From Octopus sinensis (taxonomy: Eukaryota): a stretch of 64,000 bases of DNA. The translations under genes were made by a program, and so were the position numbers. Position 1 is the stretch's first letter, and each line of letters begins with the position of its first letter. Below are positions 12,805-25,934 of the stretch, piece after piece. The stretch spans positions 46,190,001 through 46,254,000 of the forward strand of contig NC_043013.1 of NCBI RefSeq assembly GCF_006345805.1, given 5' to 3'. The notes below the pieces were generated by a model. The model made no database searches and was not told the DNA's origin. It saw only the letters and a list, made by a program, of their open reading frames with translations.

Positions 12805-14391
12805 TTATTTAATTATTTTATTGTTTATGGTGAGTATAAATCATGACTGATTGTATTGTTCATCCATAAAAGTTTATTCTTTCAGCATTGATAGTTTATT
12901 AAGAAACACCATTATTGCAATGTTTAAAGCGAACATTTACTTACCACTAATGCATATAAGAGTAACTATCGGAAGGTTTTATAGCATTATTCACTATTCT
13001 GATGGATCGTTAACTGAATAAAAAAATATAACTAGTCATAATAAATCTTACTGTTAATTTCCCACCTTGTTGCTAGAGTAGGTTTGTTACCAAACATGAT
13101 CCAGTTTCAAATCTGAACTTGAAATCACTAACATTCTTAGGAACGACATTAATGTTCCAATTTTCCTGTTTAATTTCCCCCATTTTAGAAATTATATGAA
13201 GAATATGTCTTTAGAAACACACAAGTTTAAAGGAAAACAATTATCCCAAGTCTGTCATTTCAAAACACTACAGCAGACAACATTTACACACCATCAATGA
13301 ATGCTCAAAACTATTCTTATATATTTACAAATAAATCTACTTTCCTTTTTACTCTACAAACTTTTATCTCTGGATAAATTGCAACGAGTTAATAAAATTA
13401 CATTTCACAAATTCTGCAAATGCTTATTCATATATATATATGTATATATATACTTACTAACTGCAACAATTCTCAGCTACGAATTGAGGATATTTACTAA
13501 AGAAATACATATTAGTATTGTCAGAGAACATTATTTGATTTTTATCTAAAATGCTTCCCATTTAGCAAATTTGTTAGTATTTCCATTCCTCTTACAGGAA
13601 ATTTCCATAGACAGTTAATCAAAATCACATGGCATTATTCATATAAGTGAAACCAAACCATAGTAACTTGGCTTTGCATTACATTTTTTTTAGTTTAAAA
13701 ATTTAACTTTAATCAGATAAAAAATAGCAGAGTTCTTGTTACTGAATGGACCAAATGTTTTGCGGTTCATTTCCGCAAATATAAATCTATTTTGGGATTT
13801 AGTGTTCGATGAATTTGTAAGTGATGGATGTATCTGGTCACTGAGTAAGATGATGCCCTCCTCAGCACAGAATAAGACCTAAAAATATTTCGTGGATACA
13901 AAATCAAATTTATGCATAATCTCAATGAATGATAGAAAGGCAAAAGAAGATGGAACAGATATGAAGATGATGATGATAATAATAATAGTGGTGGTGATGG
14001 AGGTGGAGGTGATATTGTGTAAACATCAATTAAAGTCCAGTTAATAAACATGAAGATACAGAACACATTAAGTACTTTCCTTTCAAACATGAAACAGACT
14101 ATATTTAATAATATAGGGAGGGCAACAGAGAAATACTTAAGGTCTGTTTATCAGGGACATCCAAATGATGTGTGTGTGTGCTAATAAAATGACAATTATA
14201 ATGGTTAACTGTCATAGGTTAACATTGACACAAGCTTAAATAATTCAATCGCATAATTTTGAGAATGATTATTTCCAAAAGAATATAAAACATGCAGTCT
14301 AATAGAATGTCCTAAATGTGTCTAAAACATCCTAAAATGCAGCGTTTGCTTTATGGGGAAGGGCTGAGTTAGCTATTTTGGTATTAAATTT

Positions 14392-14807
14392 GGATCTTTT
14401 CGGTTTGAACGGCAGTTTTTAACATAATTTCTAGGTAACTAAACAATTTTAAACTTCGTATACTGGTAGAATGTGTTTATAAAACATCTTTTTCTCTTGG
14501 CTTTATTGAGAAAATTCTATAGTTTGTAAGATATTTGTTGTTTTTTTTTCTTCGATTTCTGCAATTTCAACCAATCACTGACGTCCATTGAGGTAAAAAA
14601 CATTGTGCCGTATGAATATGTCCCTCGTTTAAGAAACAGATTGGGTTTATTTACATTTGTGAAGAAAAAAAGATACCCTTCTCTCCACCCCTAACCCTAA
14701 CCCTAAAACAGATTGAAATGCAATAGATCGATACTAGGGTCATAATTATGGGTGACAATTTCATATGACACCGCTAGAAAAAACTGCTGTTCAAACCGTA
14801 AAGATCC
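14392..14807. mobile_element. Merlin-like MITE, copy 2
   Basis: Same TIR and body as 7880; flanks ttaaattt / ttaaattc (7 of 8 matching). Confidence 0.85.
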
Positions 14808-15160
14808 TTAAATTCTTATTCTAACGATGCCTATGAATTAATTCCAAAAAGATTCACAATAAAGTTAATGTATGGACCATAAACATAACAAAAGGTTCGT
14901 AGTTTAATATTATGATGGAACCTTTGTAAGTACTTTATTACTGAAAGTTCTGTATCAAAGGACCAAACAGGAATTAAACTAAAAAGTAAACCTGTAACTT
15001 AATTACCGAGAACCGTGCCTAGAAAATGTAAAGGGTATAATTGTACAACAGAACTCACAAGTAATGAAGTCATAAATGTGGAATATATTGAAAAATAAAA
15101 GAAGATTAAAAAAATGTTTTGTTTCATATATTCATTCCTGTGATAAGATTTATCATATAT

Positions 15161-15478
15161 CATCATCATCATCATCATCATCGTTTAACGTCCGCTTTCC
15201 ATGCTGGCATGGGTTGGACGGTTCAACTGGACGGTTCCTGGGAAGCCAGGAGGCTGCACCAGGCCCCAATCTGATCTGGCGATGTTTCTACAGCTGGATG
15301 CCCTTCCTAATGCCAACCACTCCGTGAGTGTAGTGGGTGCTTTTTACATGCCGGACGAGGCTGGCAAACGGCCACAATTGGATGGTGCTTTTTACGTGCC
15401 ACTGGCACGGAGGCCAGTCAGGGCTGCGCTGGCAACGGCGATGTTCAGATGGTTCTCTTACATGCCACCGGCACTGGT
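15161..15478 (-). mobile_element. SINE family D (RTE-like (TGA)n tail)
   Basis: catcatcatcgtttaacgtccgctttccatgctggcatgggttggacgg 3' end shared with other copies. Confidence 0.85.
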
Positions 15479-15932
15479 ATCACAGCTAATTTATTATATA
15501 TTATTATGTGCAGAGCATACTATGGCTTGTTATAATATAATGTATACTATAGTATGTTATAATGTTGGTGTATGTTATGATATATAAAAGTATATTTATA
15601 GTTGATTATAATGTAATAACTGTTAAGGAATATCACAATGTTGCAGGGAATGTATACAGTATATTAATATGTATGGCATACTATATTAACATATACTAGT
15701 GGGGAGAGGCACAGCTGAACAAATTGCTAGCTTGTCATTAATGCACCACTAAAAAGATCTGTGGTTCATACCCTGTCAGCATGCTACAGCACAAATCTAC
15801 CATCAGTGGTAGCATAGTAAAATTGTTGAATGTTCTATTAGTTTATAGTTCTGAGTTCAATATCTCCTATGGCTTTATTTAGGAAAGGAATGAATTTTGC
15901 CAATCTGACTTAGCCTTAAATACACTATTTAA

Positions 15933-16372
15933 GCAGGAGTGGCTCTGTGGTAAGTAGCTTGCTAACCAACCACATGGTTCCGGGTTCAGTCCCACTGCGT
16001 GGCATCTTGGGCAAGTGTCTTCTGCTATAGCCCCGGGCTGACCAATGCCTTGTGAGTGGATTTGGTAGACAGAAACTGAAAGAAGCCTGTCGTATATATG
16101 TATATATGTATATATGTATATATGTATATATATGTATATATAAGTGTGTGTGTGTGTTTGTGTGTCTGTGTTTGTCCCCCTAGCATTGCTTCACAACCGA
16201 TGCTGGTGTGTTTACGTCCCCGTCACTTAGCGGTTCGGCAAAAGAGACCGATAGAATAAGTACTGGGCTTACAAAGAATAAGTCCCGGGGTCGATTTGCT
16301 CGACTAAAGGCGGTGCTCCAGCATGGCCGCAGTCAAATGACTGAAACAAGTAAAAGAGAGTAAAGAGAGAGT
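15933..16372 (+). mobile_element. SINE family A
   Basis: Full-length copy. Confidence 0.9.
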
Positions 16373-16857
16373 ATTATTAAATACAAGTGTTGAGGAATAC
16401 TTCTCTGATGATTAGGGACATTGCTACACCATTAAAGCTTTGATCAAGTTTATAGAAAACTTCTTTTCATGGTTCTTTATTTCACATTCAATATATTACA
16501 GTAATTAAAGCTAAATTATCAAAGTTACCAAGTTCTAAACTGCTATCGGAATTGATTTTTTTTCTCTCGTTTGAATCAAATAGTATTTTTAATGAGTGAC
16601 AAGGGAAAAATTTATGTTAAATTTGGTCAATTAAATTTTTCTCAACTTACCACAAACATACTCTCATTTCTGTCAAGCTAAAATCTTTTTTTTATTTTAA
16701 TCACCAGCCAATTATAGTCTACTTTACTGGTTTTAATGAGTCTAAATGAAATCCTCTCTTTCTTTCTTTTTTTCCTTTTTCTCTCTCTCCCTCTCTCACT
16801 CTCTCTCTCTCTATATATATATATATAATATATATATATAATATATGTAATATATAT

Positions 16858-16890
<33 letters not shown>

Positions 16891-17629
16891 GATAGATAGA
16901 TAGATAGATAGAGTATATATTAAATATATATCTATTTAATATACAATCAATATAAGTAGTTATATGATGTTATGGCAGATTCAAAACATTCTAGTCTTTA
17001 TAACTGAAGAAATATCTGATGCAGGGTGAAGTAAAAATATTAATTATTGAAGTTGTATATAAAGCAATCTCACTTTTACACACACACACACACTCTCTCT
17101 CTCTCTCTCTTATTTCGTTTCTTGATTCTTCCTCCTGAATAGAATACTTCATTATAAAAGAAGACGAAACTTAAAAGCAGAACTTAAAAGGAAAAACTTA
17201 GTTCTGCTTCCATTCTAAACTACTCCCAGACCATTCCGCTAAACAATACATTATTTGTTTGAGCAAAAACAATGGCTATGTTGAAGAACTACAATAAATG
17301 TCTCTGGTAAATGCAAAATAGGTGTCAGAACAAGAAAGTTGTGATGTTTGTGGTATTTCAGGAGAAATGGGTGCAGAAACTGAAGCAATTCTAAAAGAGA
17401 ATTAAAGCCAAGTAATGTCCTTCTGTTTGATGAGAATTTACTGGTGCCATACTAATTAGGGTTGGTAATGTCTTGATATGTACAAGTGGCAGGGCGTTAT
17501 AAAGAATTTCTAATGAGATTTGTGATATTTAGATTTTGAAGAATTATTCATAATTATTCAAATGGAAATTGAGTTGCTTTAATAGAATGAATGTAGATCA
17601 GAGGGAATTTTGGAACAAGTGATGCTGCT

Positions 17630-17660
17630 GCTACTACTACTACTACTACTGCTGCTGTTA

Positions 17661-17697
<37 letters not shown>

Positions 17698-17752
17698 CAT
17701 CACCACCACTACAGCTGTTGCCGCTACTACTACTACTACTACTACTACTGCT
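17630..17752. repeat. (CTA/CTG/CCA)n trinucleotide tract
   Basis: Seen directly in the sequence. Confidence 0.9.
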
Positions 17753-18149
17753 GCATTTATGTGCAAAGTAAAACTGGTTGTTGTTTAGACCCAGGCCAGC
17801 ACTAATTGAGTAGACCCATGATCAAAAGCTACAATCACCTTAACTTTTTTATTTTATATCTAGGACTTATTTATTGTCTTTCCCTTTTTTTTAACCCTTT
17901 TGCATTCAAACTGGCCACATCTGGCCAACATATTTAGCCTTTTTCAGGTGATTTAATGTTGAGGTGGTCATGTGAAGGTGAAGATTGAAATTTGGTTTAG
18001 GTGAAAACGGGAAAAAATTTTCCTAGAAATTATGGAAGATTTTTAACTTCTTTTTCTTTTATTCCAAAACCATTCTAAACAATGTTTTAACTGACTAATA
18101 AGATATTGGCTTAATGGAATTATTCTAAACTATTTTAGGACTGTATGGT

Positions 18150-18560
18150 AAAAAGTCTCACTGGGTGGCAGCTTGGGTAAGTGCCTGCTATTATACCCTC
18201 TGGTAGATCAAAGCCTTGTGTGTGGATTTGGTAGATGGAAACTGAAAGAAGCCAGTTGTGTAAAGATATATATATATATATATATATATATTGTGTGTGT
18301 GTGTGTATATATATACACACACATACATATATGCATTCACACACACATACACATGTGTGTGTGCTTGTTTGTCCCCTACCACCGCTTGACAACTGGTGTT
18401 GGTATGTTTACATCCCTTTAACTTAGCAGTTTAGCGAAAGAGAAAGAATAAGGACCAGACTTAAAAATAAAAGTCCTGGGGTTGATTCATACAACTAAAA
18501 ATTCCTCAAGGCAGTGCCCCAGCATGGCCTCAGTCTAATGACTAAAACAAGTTAAAAATA
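18150..18560 (+). mobile_element. SINE family A, diverged
   Basis: Collinear with family A, with many substitutions. Confidence 0.75.
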
Positions 18561-19287
18561 GAGAACTCCCACCCCAATTTGTAACAAAACTAGGGTTGCC
18601 ACTTTGTTCCTCCATATTGGAGTTTCATTTTTTAAAACCAAGTTGAGAATAATCACAAGTTCACATCATTCTCATTAGCGCAATAACTGCAGAAGGAAGG
18701 GTACAAAATATTAATGATGATGAAGCCTATTATTTGTAAGGATTACCAGAAACTGAAGTAAATAAGGATGAGTCCTCAAGGTTAAAACACTAGTGATACC
18801 AACATACTAATATAACCAAACACCTCTCATGGACAGTCATAGATTTGTGCTAATATTTAGAGCAAACATTATATCAACCCAGCTATATCTATTTGCAAAA
18901 CACTAGTCCCTCTACTGTTTTTGCTCAAGTTATAGGTGTGCATGTAACATTGCAGTTCTTGTAGTTTTACTTTCACTTTCATCATTGCCAGAATGGACCC
19001 GAAAATGAAGGGGATTATGGTTTGCAAAGCTTTACACACAATTTCAGTTTGAAGTAAAATGGTAAAGCTTATTATACTGTTTACTTGGGTACATATGACA
19101 CGGTTTTATAAGACCAATATTTCTGGTTGATCTGCTCCAAAATACAGGTGATATACTTCTTCATAACTTTAACATATTTCAAAATCATAGTTGAAATTTG
19201 ACTGATTAACCAAATATATATATGTATTTATATATATATGTATATATGTATATATATATATTGAAAAAAAAAAAAACATTCACAAAC

Positions 19288-19402
19288 CTCTCGCTGAAGT
19301 TTTTCTAGTTCAGCATTGACAAATTTTGAATTTGTTTCAAACTGTCGAGTCAAAGCTGGATCAAACTTAGATCGCTTTATAGATAAACCATCAGATGATG
19401 CT
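19288..19402 (-). CDS. nab: NAB homologue exon: (R)ASSDGLSIKRSKFDPALTRQFETNSKFVNAELEKLQRE
   Basis: Acceptor cttctcttcattttcag, donor GAG|gtttgt; 115 nt, phase 2-0, exactly bridging the flanking exons without a stop. Confidence 0.85.
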
Positions 19403-19548
19403 CTGAAAATGAAGAGAAGTCATTTTGAACATGCAGTTAACAATTTCAAAGGTTGAATTAAAAAAGGTGAATGTAAACTCAGGTAAAAAAACTTGCACCC
19501 AGCAATGATGCAGACGTAATAAGACAAAAAGAAAAGGTATGACTAGAG

Positions 19549-19813
19549 CAGTGGTTCTCAACTGGGGTCCATCTGACCCTTGGGGATGTCCACATAAGAT
19601 TTTGTTGTCAAAAATTTATGTGCACTAAATTGATTATACTTCTGAAATACACAAAATATTTTACCAATTATTTTTTATACAATTCCTAGCAATATTTGAT
19701 TATGAAAATATAACGGGATATTTTTAAAACATCAAATACTTATTAGGGTCCTGTAAAATAAAATAGGAATCAAAGGGGTACATCTGTAAAAAAAAATTGG
19801 TTGAGAACCACTG
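19549..19813. mobile_element. hAT (Charlie-like) MITE
   Basis: TIR CAGTGGTTCTCAAC / GTTGAGAACCACTG; perfect 8-bp TSD gactagag. Confidence 0.9.
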
Positions 19814-20562
19814 GACTAGAGCTACTGTTAGAAAAACATTCATCCGTGGTATTAATTGTGAGAATAATAAAGAACATTGTCATACTACCACTCTGCAAAT
19901 GAGCAATTACTGGCACAGCGTTAATGAACTAGCAATGTTACAAACAATCTCACACTGTGTAATAATACACACAGACAAACATCTTGAGTGTTAATGCTTT
20001 TGATACATGGAATGTAGATTTGAACTGTATGGGGACTTAAGCAAGGCATTGAGTCACGCAGTCAGTGTAGTGACAAACATATTGTTATTTATAGGTCAGC
20101 CATAAAAGCATTGATCTTTACAATTTGCCTACGTTTGATCGATGGAGTGAAACATAATTGTTTAATTTGATGGATTAATGACAATTGTTCCTAAATTAGT
20201 TGCAAGGAGTGAAATTTGGAGGAGTTAGTAGGTTGAATCAACTCTAAAGTGTAGCTGATACTTTAATCTCACTGATTCCAGGATCATCCACTGGGAATTG
20301 TGTGGAAAGAATAGAGAAGTGATATGAACACCGGTCTCCCACTTGGGTCAGAACAACTTAAGTCCCTTGGGATTTGACAGCAATGAAATCATAATCTAGA
20401 AACAAGGAGACCCAATATTTTAGTGAACAAGAGTTCAAGGAAATGTGAAATAACTAATATTGTAATATATGGAAATACTAAAAGGTAATCAGATATGAAC
20501 AGTTATAGATTGTAAATGTATGGTCAGTGATTATGATACATTTAATACCAAATATCTTAAAT

Positions 20563-20748
20563 AACTGGTTAATTAAAGTGGTCATTAATATAACAGGTGA
20601 ATATTTAAGTAATATAGAAAGGTAGATATAATTGCAATAGTGATAGAATATCCAAAACTGGTTAATTAAAGTGGTGATTAATATAACAGGTGAATATTTA
20701 AGTAATATAGAAAGGTAGATATAATTGCAATAGTGATAGAATATCCAA
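20563..20748. repeat. Tandem duplication, 2 x 93 bp
   Basis: aactggttaattaaagtgg...gaatatccaa repeated head-to-tail with one mismatch. Confidence 0.9.
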
Positions 20749-20914
20749 GTCCTTACATGAGATAAACAGCTAACTAAAATTAGAGAGATAAAAATAACTA
20801 GGTGGTGAGTTTTCTAATATATTAGCTAAATAATTAAAATAGGAAAATAGACATAACTCCATGGGTAATAGTATCTCAAGGTGTGGTGTATAATAAACCA
20901 GAGAAAATGCTTAA

Positions 20915-21119
20915 CCCTTACTCTGTTAAATGTAATATTTTTTTACTCAAATTATTTTTAATTAATCAAGCATTATCTTATAGCTTTGAGGTTTCAATGA
21001 TATGATTGTTTATTTTTAAAATGTCACTGTAGGTTAGGTGTGAGGGGCTAGATATGGCCAGTTTGAATATAAAACATAGAATATTTGGGCCAGATATGGC
21101 CGGTTTAAACACTAAAGGG
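20915..21119. mobile_element. piggyBac-like MITE family 2
   Basis: TTAA-CCCTTA ... TAAAGGG-TTAA termini. Confidence 0.75.
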
Positions 21120-21179
21120 TTAAAGAATTAAAATTAGATCTGAGCACCTGTAGGCAATTCTGTGCTGGGGGGGGGGGAA

Positions 21180-21690
21180 GGAGTTTCCAGGGGTTTCGGT
21201 CATTGGCAGATACCCGTGCTGGTGGTATTGAGCATGAAGTACTACGTTTGTTTTCACTCTTGGGTTTACACAGATCTGTGACCTGGTGGTAGTAACCATG
21301 TTCTTCACCAGGAAGATGGTGGTGAGGGGGGTCTGCTATTGTTTGGACCTACTGCCTCTGTTACTGCTTTCTCCCCACTTTTCTTTTTCACTACCTTAAA
21401 GCGTATAATTAGCCTTTACTACCACATGTGTAGTAACTGTGCAGCCTGATTGACCTCTCGGCACCCACAAATGTGTACAGCTCCAGTACAGCCATGTAAA
21501 CTCCACACGACATGTTGTTGTGGGTCACTGCCACATTCACTACATGTCTGCACTTTTGAACAAAGATGACAACAGTCAAAGGTCAGTACCCAAGCCAATG
21601 CCTCTGGCCATATTCTTAGAATTCCTGAGACTCATGCAGTATCAATCTGTGGCCACACATGTGGAACTCCAGTTCAACTTATCTCCTAGC
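21180..21690 (-). mobile_element. Possible decayed L1/Tx1-like ORF1 fragment
   Basis: GC-richer stretch with a broken frame ending YYTCGSKG*, resembling a zinc knuckle, followed by Pro/Ser-rich sequence. Weak. Confidence 0.3.
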
Positions 21691-22310
21691 CGGATTCTTG
21701 GTCTTAAACCATTTAGCATTCAAATCAAGCCATATCTGGCCCAGACATTCTACTTGTTCCAAGTTAAAACTGGTCACATCTAGCCTTTTACACCTACCTG
21801 ACAATGTCATTCCAAAACTAAACAAATCACATCATTGAAATCTCAAAGATAATTCAAAACAATGAGAATAAATATGAGTAACATTTGACAGAGGAATCAG
21901 AATGTCACAAAGGTTAAAGAACAAAGTACATGCTACTATATGCCTTGTCCCAGGAAGTGGACCATGCATTGCAGTACTCATGAACTAGGGACTCCTCTAG
22001 AGCTTCCTCCATTTCCAACTTTAAGGGGACACGGAAGCCTTCCTCTGTCATTTGTAAAGCTGAGGTGGACCCTATTCCTCCTTACTCTTTCCCGAATAGA
22101 TTCATTTAGCAAGGCAGAACCATTTTCGTGACATTCCTTGTCCACTCTCCTTATTTCAACTTGTCTGTTTTGACCATATTTACAAAAGATGGAATAGTGA
22201 TGTTGCTGTTATCACCGTTTTTTTTTTTATATATTCAAATTTTATGTTTCCAGCAATATCACGTGCCTTTCCACTTTACAACTGTAAGCTGTTTGTGTTT
22301 CTTTTCTTAA

Positions 22311-22759
22311 CCCTTTCGTTACCAACCTGGCTGAAACCGGCTCTGGGCTCTGAGTACAAATGTCTTGTTTTCATAAGTTTTTAATTAAAATCTTCCACCA
22401 AACCTTTGTCACAATTTATGTTCCTAACACTAGCTTAATGATAACTAACTTATTTTACTAAATTCTTTGTTATATTTAAAATAATTGAAAGAAACACAGA
22501 GCATCTCAAAATAAATATGGTAACAAAAGGGTTAAAATATATAACAGAGAAACAATCCCTAACCCTTTTGATACCAACCTGGCTGAAACCAGCTCTGGCT
22601 CTGAGTACAAATGTCTTGTTTTCCACCAAACCTTAGTCACAATTTATGTTCCTAACACTAGCTGAATGATAACTAAGTTATTTCACTAAATTCTTTGTTA
22701 TATTTAAAGTAATTGAAAGAAACACAGAGCATCTCAAAATAAATACAGTAATGAAAGGG
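22311..22759. mobile_element. Dimer of piggyBac-like MITE family 1 with a 24-bp spacer
   Basis: Two units with TTAA/CCCTTT...AAAGGG termini; same spacer as 37077-37550. Confidence 0.85.
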
Positions 22760-22944
22760 TTAAACAGTTTTATCATTTTTTTTCCATTCCATTTCAAGTA
22801 ATTTGAAGAACTGTTTATTCTTTTGTTTCAGACAAAAGGCTGTGGCCATGCAGGAGCATGCTGTTTGTTTATATTCATTGAGATTATTGCTACCACCACT
22901 GTGATGGAAACTGCTTCCAGCAGCTTCTCAGTCAGTCACTCCAC

Positions 22945-22982
<38 letters not shown>

Positions 22983-25354
22983 TATTGCAAATGGCCACTT
23001 GTGAAAAATAAACAAGGAAAAAGAAAAAAAAAAAAGGGGCAGAGAAAAGTCATTTTCAGTATGAGTGTTATAAGTAATTCTTGGATTTCTTCATATATAC
23101 AAAGCTAAAATTAATGAAGAAACATTATGTCAAACACTGGCTGAATTTTACAGTGGAACAAACTCAAAGATCCAAGATTTTATATAACTATTGTTGCTGG
23201 CAGTCTAACCCATGAACCTTAGAATTTTTAAAGATTGTGTGTGTACAACTATATCAACCACTGTATCCTTTTCATTAAAAACAACAACGAAAAAAAGAAG
23301 AAAAGAGAAAAAAAAAACCCCAATAGGGTGTCATTTGCAGGAGATTTAGCTATTATTTTTAGTTGAGTGATTAACCATGTAATGGTTCCCTAATTAGTTC
23401 AATTTTGGACAAGTTTAATTCACAACTGAACGAATGTGGAGTGTGAGGATAGAAGAGTTAATAAAGTAACTGACAACCAGCCTAAAACAAAGTGAGTTTG
23501 TATTCTTTCAGAAAAAACATTTTGAATAGTATTCATGGCTCAGATTTTTATGTAACTCTCAGCTGGAAGCAGTGGGAGTACTGTAAATTGAATGAAAGTT
23601 TCATTGCAATGCTGTACATTTATGAATTAGTGAGTTACAAGACCCCACCCAAGATATAAAGGTGGTCACAAAATATTATTTACATCTACAATAGTGTAAT
23701 AAAGGATAGGTTTTCTTATTATGGTAAAATTAAATATTGATTTGAATTACAACAGCACTAGAACTAGAGTTAACTTGTTAGCTTCTCTGGTGGACAATAA
23801 ATAAAATATTTGCCAGTCATATACTTTCATTAATTTCAATAACTAAATTTACATCAATGCATTTCCAAAAGAAGAAGAAAAGAAAAAGAACCATGCACTT
23901 AGACAAAAGAAACCATTATTTGCATATATGAATAATTTCCATGTACAGTTTTTTTATTTATTCTGAGATTCTTCAGTGTTAGGGATTCCAACACCAAAGT
24001 AATTTGGCCATTCAAATTTAATTAGAAAAGAAATATGTAAAACAAGGGAATCTATTTAGCAGTAAAATATTACATTACATGAAGTCGTTGCTAACAATAT
24101 ACTAAAAGACCTTTTACTTTTATTTATTTAATTTTTAAAGAAAGAATTTATGTTCAAAAGAAATTGGCTTTCAAAATATTCCAAGTGTATACAAAGAACT
24201 TTTCTTTGCTAAAATCACCAAAAATTGGTTTCTTAGAACTGTTCAGTAACTCATTTGTTCTCTTATTGTTATTTTCAAACAGAGCCACCGTGAACCAAAA
24301 CAGGGTTGAAAGCCTCCCCATATTTCTAAAATTGCATTAAGAATGAAATGAAATCTCAGCAGCTATTCATTGCTTTATATTGTTCATCATTTCACTCCCA
24401 GGTTAAAAGCACATAGACAATTAAGTAGGTAATAAACAAATTTATTCTTTTAAAGTCTTCAATAATTGCTGTTAATCATTTTCAAACAACCCTACACTGT
24501 ATCCTGTCAATGAAATGTTTAAACTAACAATGACCAACATATATTCTGCTAGAACTTGTTATAATTCTTTCTCTTTTACCACAAACATCAATTGTTGGAT
24601 TTGTAAATAATCATACCTGACGAACTAATAAAAATATAATAGCTTTTACAACATGGAATTGTGATATACTGGAAACAGAGACTTTGCAATCAATCCTACA
24701 ACATCTATTTCAATTCGCATGAATTCTCACCCACTTCTTATTTAAATCTAATCTTATGAGATCGGTAAGTTGTATACTATGAGGAGAGAAACTGCAGAAA
24801 AACTACAATTCTATTCACAATTTCTCCTTGGCATTTTAAACTCGAGTTTTGCCTAAGGTATCAACTTTGAATTAAAGGCAAATTCTTTTTCAAACAAATA
24901 AGGGAAATTGTTTTAGGTTTTTCCAAAATTTTATATATTCTGAACAATTTCTTCTTATAAATATATTAAAGTTCTTAAAGTAATTTACAAAAGTTAAAAT
25001 GTGAAATAAATAAATAAATAAATAAATATAGTGCTGACTGAAATCAGTAAATATTGCAGAATAAAACCCATTTTGTTACTTCCTTATAAAATCTATAATA
25101 AGCTTTAGAAATATTCTAAACCTGATTACTTTAATACCAGCATCTCAAAAAAAAAAAAAATTTACGGAGTATATAATAAAATAGATGTTAAGAGAAATAC
25201 CACCATAAAGCATTATTACTCAAAGAATTTTGAGTATGTACAGACTTAGGACAATATGGTATACTTAACTCTTTTGTATCACTTTCTGATTCTATATAAC
25301 ACAACTAAACTTATTGCATATAACGTTAAGATAGGTGTATATGATCAAGTTAAC

Positions 25355-25385
<31 letters not shown>

Positions 25386-25669
25386 GACACACATGTGCAG
25401 ATTATAGCTAGGTGGTTAAGAAGTTTGCTTTGTAACCATGAGGTTGTGGGTTCTCACCCTTTAGTTTTACTTATAAAATTAATTTTTCCCAGATACTAGC
25501 TTCATAATGAGAAAGTTATTTTACTAAATTTTTCATTATCTTGAAAATTATTTAAAACAAAAGCATTATATGCCAACAGATATATGGTAACAAAAGGGTT
25601 AATTGAAAGAATAGATAAATTAATAAAGAGTAATAAGTAACAGGTAAATGAAAATAATAATAATTTATA

Positions 25670-25934
25670 ACAATTGCAGCGTGGAAGGTGTTTATAAGCC
25701 ATTTAAGAAACACACAAAACCGTTAGATTCACTTCAACATTTAAATTTGATTTGTCAAAATATTTTTGTCACTTTGAGACCGCGACCTGTTCAGCACAAA
25801 GTTTTGGCAGTGAACAGGTCGCAGTCTCAAAGCGATGAAAATATTTTGACAAATCAAATTTAAATGTTGAAGTGAATCTAACGGTTTTGTGTGTTTCTTA
25901 AATGGCTTATAAACACCTTCTACGCTGCAATTGT
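25670..25934. mobile_element. Foldback (palindromic) MITE
   Basis: Inverted arms of about 120 bp, acaattgcagcg...gacctgttca / tgaacaggtc...cgctgcaattgt, with few mismatches. Confidence 0.9.

Noticed and set aside
13690-13877. Phase-0 open frame VLFCAEEGIILLSDQIHPS... after tttttag
   Set aside because: No credible donor site and no recognisable similarity.
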